From: Thermoplasmata archaeon
GTDB lineage: Archaea > Thermoplasmatota > Thermoplasmata > Lutacidiplasmatales > UBA184
Assembly (NCBI GenBank): GCA_022750375.1
Contig: JAKIVU010000007.1
Location: forward strand, 1-60,839
DNA: 60,839 bases
Reading direction: 5' to 3'
Both the position numbers and the translations under genes were made by a program. The notes beneath the pieces are model-generated. The model was not told where the DNA came from. It worked only from the letters and a program-made list of their open reading frames with translations, and searched no databases. Positions 1-8,342 of this stretch are shown piece by piece (position 1 is the stretch's first letter; every line of letters starts with the position of its first letter).

Positions 1-96
1 GGGATTCGAACCCAGGTCTGAGGCTCCGCAGGCCTCTAGGATAATCCATTGCAGCAGGCTGGGCAGGGGCCCAACCCGTAGCTACCCCACACGGGC
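1..96 (-). tRNA. tRNA-Arg(GCG) with a 31-nt D-loop intron (49..79); 3' acceptor strand cut off by the window edge
   Basis: Reverse complement reads GCCCGTG-TG-GGGTAGCT|intron|TGGATTATCCT-A-GAGGC-CTGCGGA-GCCTC-AGAC-CTGGG-TTCGAAT-CCC. Anticodon GCG at 27..29; canonical TTCGAAT T-loop. Confidence 0.9.
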
Positions 97-139
97 ATCC
101 GGGTGTGTATCCGTTCCCGGCGCGCCGAGGGGGGCGCTG

Positions 140-146
140 TATAAAA
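140..146. promoter_or_regulatory. TATA-box-like element between the divergent tRNA-Arg and gatD
   Basis: TATAAAA/TTTTATA island in GC-rich intergenic DNA, about 44 nt upstream of the tRNA 5' end. Confidence 0.5.
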
Positions 147-230
147 GCCCGGGGCCGGAAATTTCGCCATCAATGTGACCGTTAAGAGCCGGGGAGTCTC
201 CTCGACCGACCGGAGCACTCCGCAGGATCC

Positions 231-1550
231 ATGGAAGGTTCGGATCGCGACGACCCGTGGGACGCCCTGCGGGCGCTTCCGACCGGGCGGCGGGTCGAAC
301 TCACGGACGAGCGCGGGCAGAGTTGGAGTGGCACGATCGTACCCCGCCAAGAGAGCTCGGGCCACCGGGTCCTCCTCCTCAAGCTCGACTCCGGTTACAA
401 CGTTGGAATCGTCGTGCAACCGACGTTTCGTTTTCGCCTGATCGAGGCGACCGCCGCGCCCGACCCCATCCCCGCACCCTCGGCGCCCGGCGGTGACGCA
501 ACGGTTGCCGACGGGCCGTGGGTCGCGCTGCTGACGACGGGGGGGACGATCGCCTCGCGGGTCGACTACGAGACCGGCGGAGTGCGGCCCGTCAAGGACG
601 AACGCGAGATCCTGGCGTTCTATCCCGAACTGGAGTCGAACGGTCGAGTCCGCATATTGCCCGTCTTCGACCGGCTGAGCGAGGACATCGTACCGAACGA
701 TTGGCTCACTCTCGCAACGAAGGCGGTCGACGCGTTTCGCGACGGAGCCCGGGGCGTGGTCATCGCGCACGGGACCGACACGCTTGCGTTCACCGCAGCG
801 GCACTGAGCTTCCTTCTCACGGACCTCCCCGGGCCGGTCGTCCTGGTCGGCGCGCAACGCTCCCCGGATCGGCCGTCGTCGGACGGGCCATCGAACCTGG
901 CCGCGGCGGTCCGCGTGGCGCGCGAGGGATCCTTCGGGGAAGTGGTGGTCGTCATGCACGCGACACTCTCGGACGGCCGATTCGCGGTCCACCGGGGGAC
1001 ATGGGTGCGCAAGATGCACTCGAGCCGCCGCGACGCCTTCAAAAGCCGCAACGGACCGCCCCTCGGATTCGTCGATACCTCCGGTCTCCACCTGGAACGA
1101 CCGGCGCGGCCAGCGACCGCGGGTCCCCCCCGGGTGGACGGACCCCTGGACCCGCACGGTGGACTCCTGTGGTTCTACCCGGGCCTTACGCCCGCGAAAG
1201 CGGAGTCGTTCGCCGAGGGAATGAGGGGCCTGGTGCTCGCCGGCACGGGGTTGGGTCACGTCGGCTCGGAACACCTCGAATGGATCCGCCGGGGGGTGCA
1301 GCGAGGGCAGGTCATCGGGATGACCACCCAGTGCCTGGAAGGGAACGTCGACCCGTTCGTCTACGCCACCGGTCGGGAGCTGCAGCGTGCGGGGGTGCTC
1401 TACCTCGGCGACCTGCTCCCGGAGGTCGCCTACGCGAAACTCCTGTGGGCCCTCGGTCGCGCGTCGGACCCGAGGGCGGTCGAGGCGCTCCTCCTGTCCG
1501 AGGTCGCCGGAGAATTCCACTGGCGCCACGAGTCGGGAGGGGATTCGTGA
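231..1550 (+). CDS. gatD: Glu-tRNA(Gln) amidotransferase subunit D
   Basis: Asparaginase-like motifs TTGGTIASRVDY, HGTDTL, GAQRSPDRPSSD and KMHSSRRDAF; N-terminal beta domain; directly followed by gatE. Confidence 0.96.
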   Translation: MEGSDRDDPWDALRALPTGRRVELTDERGQSWSGTIVPRQESSGHRVLLLKLDSGYNVGIVVQPTFRFRLIEATAAPDPIPAPSAPGGDATVADGPWVALLTTGGTIASRVDYETGGVRPVKDEREILAFYPELESNGRVRILPVFDRLSEDIVPNDWLTLATKAVDAFRDGARGVVIAHGTDTLAFTAAALSFLLTDLPGPVVLVGAQRSPDRPSSDGPSNLAAAVRVAREGSFGEVVVVMHATLSDGRFAVHRGTWVRKMHSSRRDAFKSRNGPPLGFVDTSGLHLERPARPATAGPPRVDGPLDPHGGLLWFYPGLTPAKAESFAEGMRGLVLAGTGLGHVGSEHLEWIRRGVQRGQVIGMTTQCLEGNVDPFVYATGRELQRAGVLYLGDLLPEVAYAKLLWALGRASDPRAVEALLLSEVAGEFHWRHESGGDS

Positions 1551-3415
1551 AAGTCGGTCTCGAGGTCCATCAACAGCTGGCGACCGGAAAGTTGTTCTGC
1601 GACTGCCCGAGCGAGCTGTCGGAGGTAGTGTACGGGTCGTTCGCCCGGCGCCTCCGCTCGGCGAGCGGAGAGAACCGAACGGTCGACCCGGCGGCCGCGT
1701 TCCAGGCTGCGCGGGGATTGCTCTTCCGATACGAGGTCACCGACTCCACGTGCCTCGTCGACATGGACGAGGAGCCGCCGCACCCGCTCAACCCCGCCGC
1801 GCTCGACGTCGCGCTCACGCTCGCGCTGCTGCTCGAGGCGCGCCCCGTGGACGAGATCGCGGTCATGCGAAAGATCGTGGTCGATGGGTCGAACACCGCC
1901 GGATTTCAACGCACGGCGCTGGTGGCGGTCGACGGCCACCTCGACCTCCACGGCAAGCGATACTCGATCGCGTCGATCTGCCTTGAGGAGGATGCGGCGC
2001 GAAAGGTCGGGGAAGCGAACGGAGAAGTCACCTACCGCCTCGACCGACTCGGGATCCCGCTGGTCGAGATCGCGACCGCTCCCGAGATCGAAGCTGGGGT
2101 GGAGGCGCGGGAGGTCGCCGAGGAGATCGGGGCGCTCGTCCGGGCCACGCGTCAGACCCGCCGCGGGATCGGGACGATCCGCGAAGACGTCAACGTCTCG
2201 GCGGACCGGGGCCGGCGGATCGAGATCAAGGGAGTCCAAGAATTACGGAAGATCCAAGAGTACGTCGGTCGAGAGGTCGATCGGCAGGAGGTCCTGCTCG
2301 CCGTCCGAGACGAGCTACATCGGCGAGGCGCGGCCGCCCCCTCGGAAGAGACCGTCGACGTATCTTCCGTCCTGGCGTCGATCGCGAGCGGACCGCTCGC
2401 CGGGGCGAGCCGAAGAGGGGGGGCCGTCCTCGCGCTTCGGCTCCCCGGGTTTGCGGGACTTTTGAGGGAGCCCGCGGGGTCGGACGAGCGACTCGGTCGC
2501 GAACTCGCCGACCAGGCACGCGCGGTCGGCCTCCGGGGCCTCCTCCACTCCGACGAGCTCCCCGCCTTTGGCCTGGAGGTCGGCGACGTGGAACGGATTC
2601 AGGCGACGCTCGGGCTCGGACCGAACGACGCGTTCGTGCTCGTCACCGACCCGGACCGAGCACGGGCGACGGTCGCACTGCGACGGGTCGCGGCACGGGC
2701 CGCCGAGGCGATCGAGGGGATTCCCGGCGAGACCCGGGACCCGCTGCCCGACGGGCGAAGTCGATACTCCCGACCGCTCCCCGGAAGGGAGCGCATGTAT
2801 CCGGAAACCGACATCCCTCCGATCACGGTCACGGCCGAGCATCTCGCCCGTCTCGCGTCGCGGCTGCCGGAACGTCCCGCCGCGTTGCGCGAGCGCCTCG
2901 CGAAGGAGACCGGACTCGCGCGGGAGGTCATTCTGCAGGTCGTTTCCGCCGGTCAGGCGGACCTGTTCGAGGAGCTGGTCCGGCGCAAGCACAGCCCGGC
3001 GCTCGTCGCACGACTCTTGATCCAAGACGTTCCGGCCATCCCCCATGCAGAGGGCGAGACCCCACCGGACTTCTCCCTCGCCGTTCTCGACGATCTCTTG
3101 GTGGAGCAGGAAGCGGGGCGCTTTGCAAAGGAAGGTATTCCGAACGTGCTGGTCGAGCTGTCCCGGGGGGCGCCGACCGTGTCCGCGGCGGTGGCTCGTG
3201 CCGGGCTCTCCGGGTTCACCGCCTCCGAACTCGAGACGCTGATCGGACGGGTCCTGGCACAGAATGAGTCACTGCTACGGAGCCGGGGCAACGAGGCGTT
3301 CTCCGCCTTGATGGGGGACGTGATGCGCGAAGTGCGCGGGCGCCGGGACGGTCAGGAGGTCTCTGAGGCACTGCGACGGGCGATCGCCCAGCGCCCATCG
3401 GACCCCGCGGCGTAG
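1547..3415 (+). CDS. gatE: Glu-tRNA(Gln) amidotransferase subunit E
   Basis: GTG start overlaps the gatD stop (GTGA). Motifs KVGLEVHQQL, KLFC, RKIVVDGSNTAGFQRT, LEEDAAR, DRLGIPLVEI, RMYPETD. The ORF-track extension back to 518 is spurious. Confidence 0.96.
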   Translation: MKVGLEVHQQLATGKLFCDCPSELSEVVYGSFARRLRSASGENRTVDPAAAFQAARGLLFRYEVTDSTCLVDMDEEPPHPLNPAALDVALTLALLLEARPVDEIAVMRKIVVDGSNTAGFQRTALVAVDGHLDLHGKRYSIASICLEEDAARKVGEANGEVTYRLDRLGIPLVEIATAPEIEAGVEAREVAEEIGALVRATRQTRRGIGTIREDVNVSADRGRRIEIKGVQELRKIQEYVGREVDRQEVLLAVRDELHRRGAAAPSEETVDVSSVLASIASGPLAGASRRGGAVLALRLPGFAGLLREPAGSDERLGRELADQARAVGLRGLLHSDELPAFGLEVGDVERIQATLGLGPNDAFVLVTDPDRARATVALRRVAARAAEAIEGIPGETRDPLPDGRSRYSRPLPGRERMYPETDIPPITVTAEHLARLASRLPERPAALRERLAKETGLAREVILQVVSAGQADLFEELVRRKHSPALVARLLIQDVPAIPHAEGETPPDFSLAVLDDLLVEQEAGRFAKEGIPNVLVELSRGAPTVSAAVARAGLSGFTASELETLIGRVLAQNESLLRSRGNEAFSALMGDVMREVRGRRDGQEVSEALRRAIAQRPSDPAA

Positions 3416-3433
3416 AGCAGCCTGGAGTGCCCC

Positions 3434-4198
3434 GTGCCCCGGTCGATTCGATCGAAAGCCGTCCCCCGCCCGCGCCCCCGGTTGCGGGCGGTGGTCACGG
3501 ACGTGGACGGGACGCTCACGGGTCCGGATCGCCGACTCGACACCCGAGCGATGCACGCCGTCCGCTGGCTGGAATCACACGGGATTCCTGTCGTGCTCGC
3601 GACGGGCAACGTGCTCCCGATCGCACTCGCCCTCCACCGTTCGCTCGGCCTCACGGGACCCATCGTCGCGGAGAATGGCGGGCTCGTGTACCGCAAGGTC
3701 GAAGGGAAGGACGAGGTCGAACGTCTGGCCCACCGGCCCGTCGCGCTGGCGGCGTACCGCGCGCTGCGGGCGGAGGGCCTGCCCGTTCGTCGACTTTTCA
3801 CCGACCGATGGAGGGAAACGGAGGTCGCGATCGAATCCGATGTTCCGCTGGTCCAAGTCCGCCGGGCGCTCGCGAAACAGAAGATCCGGGTGCAATCGAT
3901 CGGGACCGGCTATGCCATCCATCTGATGGAGCGAGGCTCGGGCAAGCTGCCGGCGCTTCGGCGAGCGCTGCGGCCGATGCACCTTCGCGTGTCGGAGTGC
4001 GTCGTGCTCGGAGACGGTGACAACGACGCGGGAATGCTGCGGGCTTCCGGCTTCGGGGTGAGCTTCGCTTCCGGGAGTCCGCTCGCGCGTCAGGCGGCCC
4101 GGTACGTCGCCCGCTCGTCCTTCGCCGAGGGGTTCGTCGAAGGGCTTAAGGCCAGTGGCATACTCCCGCGTCATAGTTCCTTTCCGGGAGGGAACTGA
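3434..4198 (+). CDS. HAD-family phosphoglycolate phosphatase (archaeal Cof/TA0175 type)
   Basis: DVDGTLT motif I, LATGN motif II, AENGG, K...GDGDND motif IV. Confidence 0.85.
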   Translation: MPRSIRSKAVPRPRPRLRAVVTDVDGTLTGPDRRLDTRAMHAVRWLESHGIPVVLATGNVLPIALALHRSLGLTGPIVAENGGLVYRKVEGKDEVERLAHRPVALAAYRALRAEGLPVRRLFTDRWRETEVAIESDVPLVQVRRALAKQKIRVQSIGTGYAIHLMERGSGKLPALRRALRPMHLRVSECVVLGDGDNDAGMLRASGFGVSFASGSPLARQAARYVARSSFAEGFVEGLKASGILPRHSSFPGGN

Positions 4199-4201
4199 GC
4201 A

Positions 4202-4423
4202 GTGCTCGTCGGTCAGTGCGCGCGGTGCGGATTGCCAGCGTCGCTCGGGTGCACTGTCTGCGGACGGACGTTCTGCCGGAATGACCTTGACGCGGACGAG
4301 CGGATCTGCTCGGACTGCGCGGCGTCGCTCAAGAACGCGAAAGGACCCGTCTCGGCACGGAGCCCGCCCTCGCGGAGAGTGTCGTCTCGGGCGCGCGCAC
4401 CCGCGCTCGGTCGTGTTCAGTAG
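4202..4423 (+). CDS. Small Cys-rich zinc-finger protein
   Basis: CARC..CTVC..CRND..CSDC pattern; starts 3 nt after the upstream stop. Confidence 0.7.
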   Translation: MLVGQCARCGLPASLGCTVCGRTFCRNDLDADERICSDCAASLKNAKGPVSARSPPSRRVSSRARAPALGRVQ

Positions 4424-4734
4424 TCGGTTCCCGGAAGGACGAGTCGTCCTTTCGGGGTCGCCTGGCCCACGAAGAGCATGCCCACTCCGACGGCCCCGGT
4501 CATCAGACCGAATCCGAACGCCGCCCACGCGTAGGTGCCGACGACGTGCCCGAACCAGATCCCGGCCACGGTCAGCCCGCCGGTCGGGGCGACCATGTGC
4601 AGGCCCAGGTTGACGAGGACGCCGAGCCCCCAGCCGAGGAAGATCAGCGTCGCGCCCGCGAGGAAGTTGCCCGAGCGTTCGTCGCCGCCGTAGTCCGTCG
4701 GAGGGACCGCCGGCGTCTCTTGGAGGTCGACCAC
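4417..4734 (-). CDS. Small two-TM membrane protein, unknown function
   Basis: Two hydrophobic segments (FLAGATLIFLGWGLGVLVNLGL; TYAWAAFGFGLMTGAVGVGMLFV). GTG start chosen by eye. Confidence 0.65.
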   Translation of the reverse strand: MVDLQETPAVPPTDYGGDERSGNFLAGATLIFLGWGLGVLVNLGLHMVAPTGGLTVAGIWFGHVVGTYAWAAFGFGLMTGAVGVGMLFVGQATPKGRLVLPGTDY

Positions 4735-4786
4735 GGAGAGCCGACTTTCGAGGGGCGTATAGTCGTTTCGCTTGAGGCGTGCTACG

Positions 4787-6250
4787 CTACCACACGAGGT
4801 TCCCGGACCGTGCGCGGCGGAGTTCCTGGGGGGCGCGCCGCCGGAGAAGTCGCCACCCGAGGAAGAGGGCGGCAACGCGCCCGTGGGGGTCGCGTTGGAA
4901 CCGAACCTGCGCGTCGTGACCCCCGACTCGGAGGACGAAACGGTCGTCGCCCGCGGGTCGAAGGCGGAGTCCCTGTTCCGTCGCCTCGATGCCGTGGAAA
5001 TCGAACCGGAGGTGGTTCCGGTGGGCGGTCGACCGGACCCAGATCCCTTCGCCGGAGCAGAACCATCCCTCGTACGGGGTCAACGAGCCGCGGAAGGGCG
5101 TCGGCCGAGGGACTTGATCGAGGGGCGTGGTCAGAGGCAGTCCCCGCCGTGCGTTCAGCGCGGCCATGAGAACGAGGGGGGCCGAAACCCCCTCCGCGTT
5201 CGTGAGCACGACTCCCCCCAGGTGTCGGTCCGGCGCCACGACGAAGAACGACGAGACACCGGGAAGGCCGCCGGAGTGCTCCACCAGTAGGGTGCCGTGG
5301 TGGTCGGGGTGCACGGCGACCCCGTACCCATACCAGGTTCCGGGAAACAGCTCGGCATACGGCGTGGTCATCTTCCGCACCGACGCCGCAGAGAGGATGC
5401 GATTTCCTTCGACCTTCCCCCCGGTCAGGTAGATCTGGAGGTAGCGGGAGAGGTCCTCCACGTTCGACCGGAGTCCCCCGGCGGCACGCAGGCAGGTATC
5501 GTTCCACCACTCATGGGACGGGACGAAGCCGTGGCGGACGCCGGTCCGTTTCGGCGAATAGAGGGTCGTCACCTCGGGGAACCGGAAGAGGATCCCCGGG
5601 TCGAACGTCGTCGAATGCATCCCCGCGGGTCGCAGGACCTGCTCCTCGAGGTAACTTTCGTGAGACTGGCCGCTGACGCGCTCGATGATCGCCCCGAGCA
5701 GACCGAAGCCTTCGTTCGAGTAGCTGAAGTATCGCCCCGCGGGGCCGAGGAGCCGGTACCTCGAGGTCCGAAGGAACTCGAGGATCTGCTCGTAGGTGTC
5801 GATCGGGGCGTGGTCCGGGTCGATGCCGACCCGACGGGCGACGCGCGGGTCGAACGGAAGGTCGTCCCCGCGACTCCGGGCCGTGGTATAGTAGATCGAG
5901 GGAAGGGGCGGGAGGCCCGAGGTGTGGGTAAGGAGGTGGTGGATCCGGATGCGGCGGGTCGCCCGGACGTCCGGGGTGGCGAACTCGGGCAGGTGACGGA
6001 CCACCGGGTCGTCGGTGGAGAGCTTTCCGTCCTCCTCGAGGCGGAGGATCGCCATCGCGGTGAACGACTTCGTGATGGAGGCGATGCCATAGACGGTGCG
6101 GGGAGAGGTCGGGAGCTCGGACTCCCGGTCCCGGAACCCGTAGCCCCGGAACGACGGTCGTCGCCCCTTCTCCACCACGGCGACGGAAGCCCCCGGGACC
6201 TTCCATCGGCGCATCCAGCGCCGGAGGAACTCGTCGGGACTCTTCGTCAT
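4787..6250 (-). CDS. Serine hydrolase, beta-lactamase class C / penicillin-binding-protein-like family, with a C-terminal accessory domain
   Basis: SxxK (ASITKSF), LLTHTSGL, YSN (FSYSNEGF) and HSGG motifs. Confidence 0.9.
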   Translation of the reverse strand: MTKSPDEFLRRWMRRWKVPGASVAVVEKGRRPSFRGYGFRDRESELPTSPRTVYGIASITKSFTAMAILRLEEDGKLSTDDPVVRHLPEFATPDVRATRRIRIHHLLTHTSGLPPLPSIYYTTARSRGDDLPFDPRVARRVGIDPDHAPIDTYEQILEFLRTSRYRLLGPAGRYFSYSNEGFGLLGAIIERVSGQSHESYLEEQVLRPAGMHSTTFDPGILFRFPEVTTLYSPKRTGVRHGFVPSHEWWNDTCLRAAGGLRSNVEDLSRYLQIYLTGGKVEGNRILSAASVRKMTTPYAELFPGTWYGYGVAVHPDHHGTLLVEHSGGLPGVSSFFVVAPDRHLGGVVLTNAEGVSAPLVLMAALNARRGLPLTTPLDQVPRPTPFRGSLTPYEGWFCSGEGIWVRSTAHRNHLRFDFHGIEATEQGLRLRPAGDDRFVLRVGGHDAQVRFQRDPHGRVAALFLGWRLLRRRAPQELRRARSGNLVW

Positions 6251-6313
6251 CTCTCCCGCGGCACGGCGCGCGGGTTGAAGAGGCGCGCGGAAGGGCCGAG
6301 TGGGGTCCAGCGA

Positions 6314-6607
6314 CTAGCCGAACCCGGTCGCCGCCTTCGGGTCCTTCGCCGACGGGCGCAAGGGCGCCTTGCGGAGTTCCTTCGGGCACTCCACCAGGCG
6401 AACGAGGGGCGCCGACTGGACGACGTACGCGGGGAGGCCCGTGTTCGGGTCGTTGCCCGCGCGGAGGATGTTCATGATCTCGAGGCGGATCTCGACCACC
6501 GAGCCGTCCTTGAGCTTCAGGCGGACCTTCCCGTCCCCGCCGATCGTCTCGTAGTCGACGATCTCGGCGTTCGCGAGGTCCGGAGGAGGACCTCCCGGAC
6601 CCATCAT
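6314..6607 (-). CDS. Hypothetical protein, translationally coupled to rpl11
   Basis: ATGA overlap with the rpl11 stop; natural beta-rich composition (VRLKLKDGSVVEIRLEI...NDPNTGLPAYVVQS). Confidence 0.75.
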   Translation of the reverse strand: MMGPGGPPPDLANAEIVDYETIGGDGKVRLKLKDGSVVEIRLEIMNILRAGNDPNTGLPAYVVQSAPLVRLVECPKELRKAPLRPSAKDPKAATGFG

Positions 6608-7071
6608 CGGGCGCCCCGGGCCGCGACGCGCGTCTTCAGCAGGGCGCGGGGGTCCTCGCCGTCGACCGTGAGCCCGAGGGAGACGCAGGTGCCGATCACC
6701 TGGTTCATCTTTTCTTCGACCGAGCGACCGTGCATGTCGTCGCCCTTCGCCTCCGCGATGCGCTTCACGGCATCCAGGCTGACGTCGCCGACGACCTCGG
6801 TCTTCGCCTTCCCCGACCCCTTCTCCTTTCCGGCTTCCTTCAACAGGAGCGCCGCGACCGGGGGCCGGCCCACGACGAGGGTGAACGCGCGGGTGGCCGG
6901 ATTGACCTTGACGACCACCGGGACGCGCATCCCCGCGAACTGCTTGGTGAGTTCGTTGATCTGCGCGACGACCAGGCCGACGTTCACTCCGAGCGGACCG
7001 AGCGCGGGGCCGAGCGGTGGACCGGCGGAGGCCCTGCCGCCCTCGACGAGGACGCTGACCTCATCCGCCAC
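6604..7071 (-). CDS. rpl11: 50S ribosomal protein L11 (uL11)
   Basis: VEGGRASAGPPLGPALGPLGVN, GMRVPV, PPVAALL, GTCVSLG. Confidence 0.97.
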   Translation of the reverse strand: MADEVSVLVEGGRASAGPPLGPALGPLGVNVGLVVAQINELTKQFAGMRVPVVVKVNPATRAFTLVVGRPPVAALLLKEAGKEKGSGKAKTEVVGDVSLDAVKRIAEAKGDDMHGRSVEEKMNQVIGTCVSLGLTVDGEDPRALLKTRVAARGAR

Positions 7072-8062
7072 TCTTTCCCACCCCCTTTTCTAGCATGCGG
7101 ACGTGGTCGCCCCGGACCGTGACCGGGATCGGTACGACCGCCTCGATGAGCTCCACCGTGATCTCTTCCTTGGCCTGGTCGATCTTCTTGACGCGGGCCT
7201 TTTCGCCCTTGAACGGTCCCGAGATAAGCTCGACGATCGCGCCCTCGACGAACCCTTCGACCGTGATCTTCGGGACGAGGAGCGGTTCGACCTCTTTCAG
7301 CGTCGTCTCCCCGTCCACGAGACCGCGGGCCTTGCGGATGCCTTTCAGCATCTCGCGGACCCCTTCGAAGCTCATCCCCTCCGCGAAGACGTATCCGCGA
7401 AGCGACGACGGCACGAGGAGGGCGAACACGACGTCGGCCTTCTCGTCCGTGCGGGCGTGCAGGGTGTCGGCGACCTCGCGTTCGTAGCCGCGGGACGTCT
7501 TGATCGCGAGGACGGCCTGGCGGGCCACGGAGGCGAGCGTGAGTCGGAGCGCGGGGCTTCCGTCCGGGTCGTGCACCGTCAGCCGGATCTCCACGCGGTC
7601 GCCATATCGTACCCCGACGGGAGCCGTGATCTCGAACGAGAGCGGGACCCCGGTGCCGGGGAGGATCGTGACCGGATGGGTGACCTTGCGGGCAAACAGT
7701 TCCGTCGCGCTTCGCTTCCCCGGTGGCGTCCAACGGACCGGCCACTCGGCGCCCTCCCCCGGGTACGTGGAAGTGTACGCGACCTCGATGCCGATCGGGA
7801 TGGTCAGCGAGTCGGCGGCCTTGCTCGTGAGCACCGCCGAGAGGGTCGTGATCGTCCCGGCCGTGACCTCGCGCGGGCCTTCTTCGGCCGCTTTCAGGGT
7901 GAGGACCGCCGAGACCTGGGGCTTCGCGGGGGCCGGAGGCGCGGGTGCGACCACGGGCGTCGCCGCGGGCGGAGCGGCCGTCGTCGCCTTCTTTTCCGGT
8001 GCGACCGGTGGAGTACCGGAGAGAAGACCGATGCCTTCGCCATCCTCTTGGGTCACTGCCAT
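7061..8062 (-). CDS. spt5: Transcription elongation factor Spt5 (NusG) with an approximately 185-aa N-terminal extension
   Basis: C-terminal NGN (KTSRGYE, LRGYVFAE) plus KOW (VELISGPFKGEKARV, TVELIEAVVPIPVTV). ATG at 8062 has an upstream AGGAGG Shine-Dalgarno. Confidence 0.92.
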   Translation of the reverse strand: MAVTQEDGEGIGLLSGTPPVAPEKKATTAAPPAATPVVAPAPPAPAKPQVSAVLTLKAAEEGPREVTAGTITTLSAVLTSKAADSLTIPIGIEVAYTSTYPGEGAEWPVRWTPPGKRSATELFARKVTHPVTILPGTGVPLSFEITAPVGVRYGDRVEIRLTVHDPDGSPALRLTLASVARQAVLAIKTSRGYEREVADTLHARTDEKADVVFALLVPSSLRGYVFAEGMSFEGVREMLKGIRKARGLVDGETTLKEVEPLLVPKITVEGFVEGAIVELISGPFKGEKARVKKIDQAKEEITVELIEAVVPIPVTVRGDHVRMLEKGVGKSGG

Positions 8063-8087
8063 GCCTCCTGGACTCCGCGGGCGGAAC

Positions 8088-8333
8088 CTAGAGCCCCGCA
8101 AAGAAGTTTGCCCAGAGCCACGGTCCCGCCTGACTGAAGAAGATGTAGATCACGAAACCGGTCATCCCGATGAGCACCGCGCCGAGCGCGGTGACCTCGA
8201 GGACCTTCACGTACTCCTCCTGGGTCGGGCGGCGAGCCATGCGCAGGATGCGGCCGTACTTGCCGTGCCCGACGGTCCTCAGGCGACCGTCGAAATTGTC
8301 CTGCACGCGACGTGCCCGGTCGAGGAAAGCCAT
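8088..8333 (-). CDS. secE: Protein translocase subunit SecE/Sec61-gamma
   Basis: YGRILRMARRPTQEEY followed by a TM helix; lies between ftsZ and spt5 as is usual in Euryarchaeota/Thermoplasmata. Confidence 0.92.
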   Translation of the reverse strand: MAFLDRARRVQDNFDGRLRTVGHGKYGRILRMARRPTQEEYVKVLEVTALGAVLIGMTGFVIYIFFSQAGPWLWANFFAGL

Positions 8334-8342
8334 GTTCGATCC

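Noticed and set aside
518-1546. Apparent 965-aa GatE with a long N-terminal extension
   Set aside because: The extension is an off-frame read of gatD; the real start is the GTG at 1547 overlapping the gatD stop.
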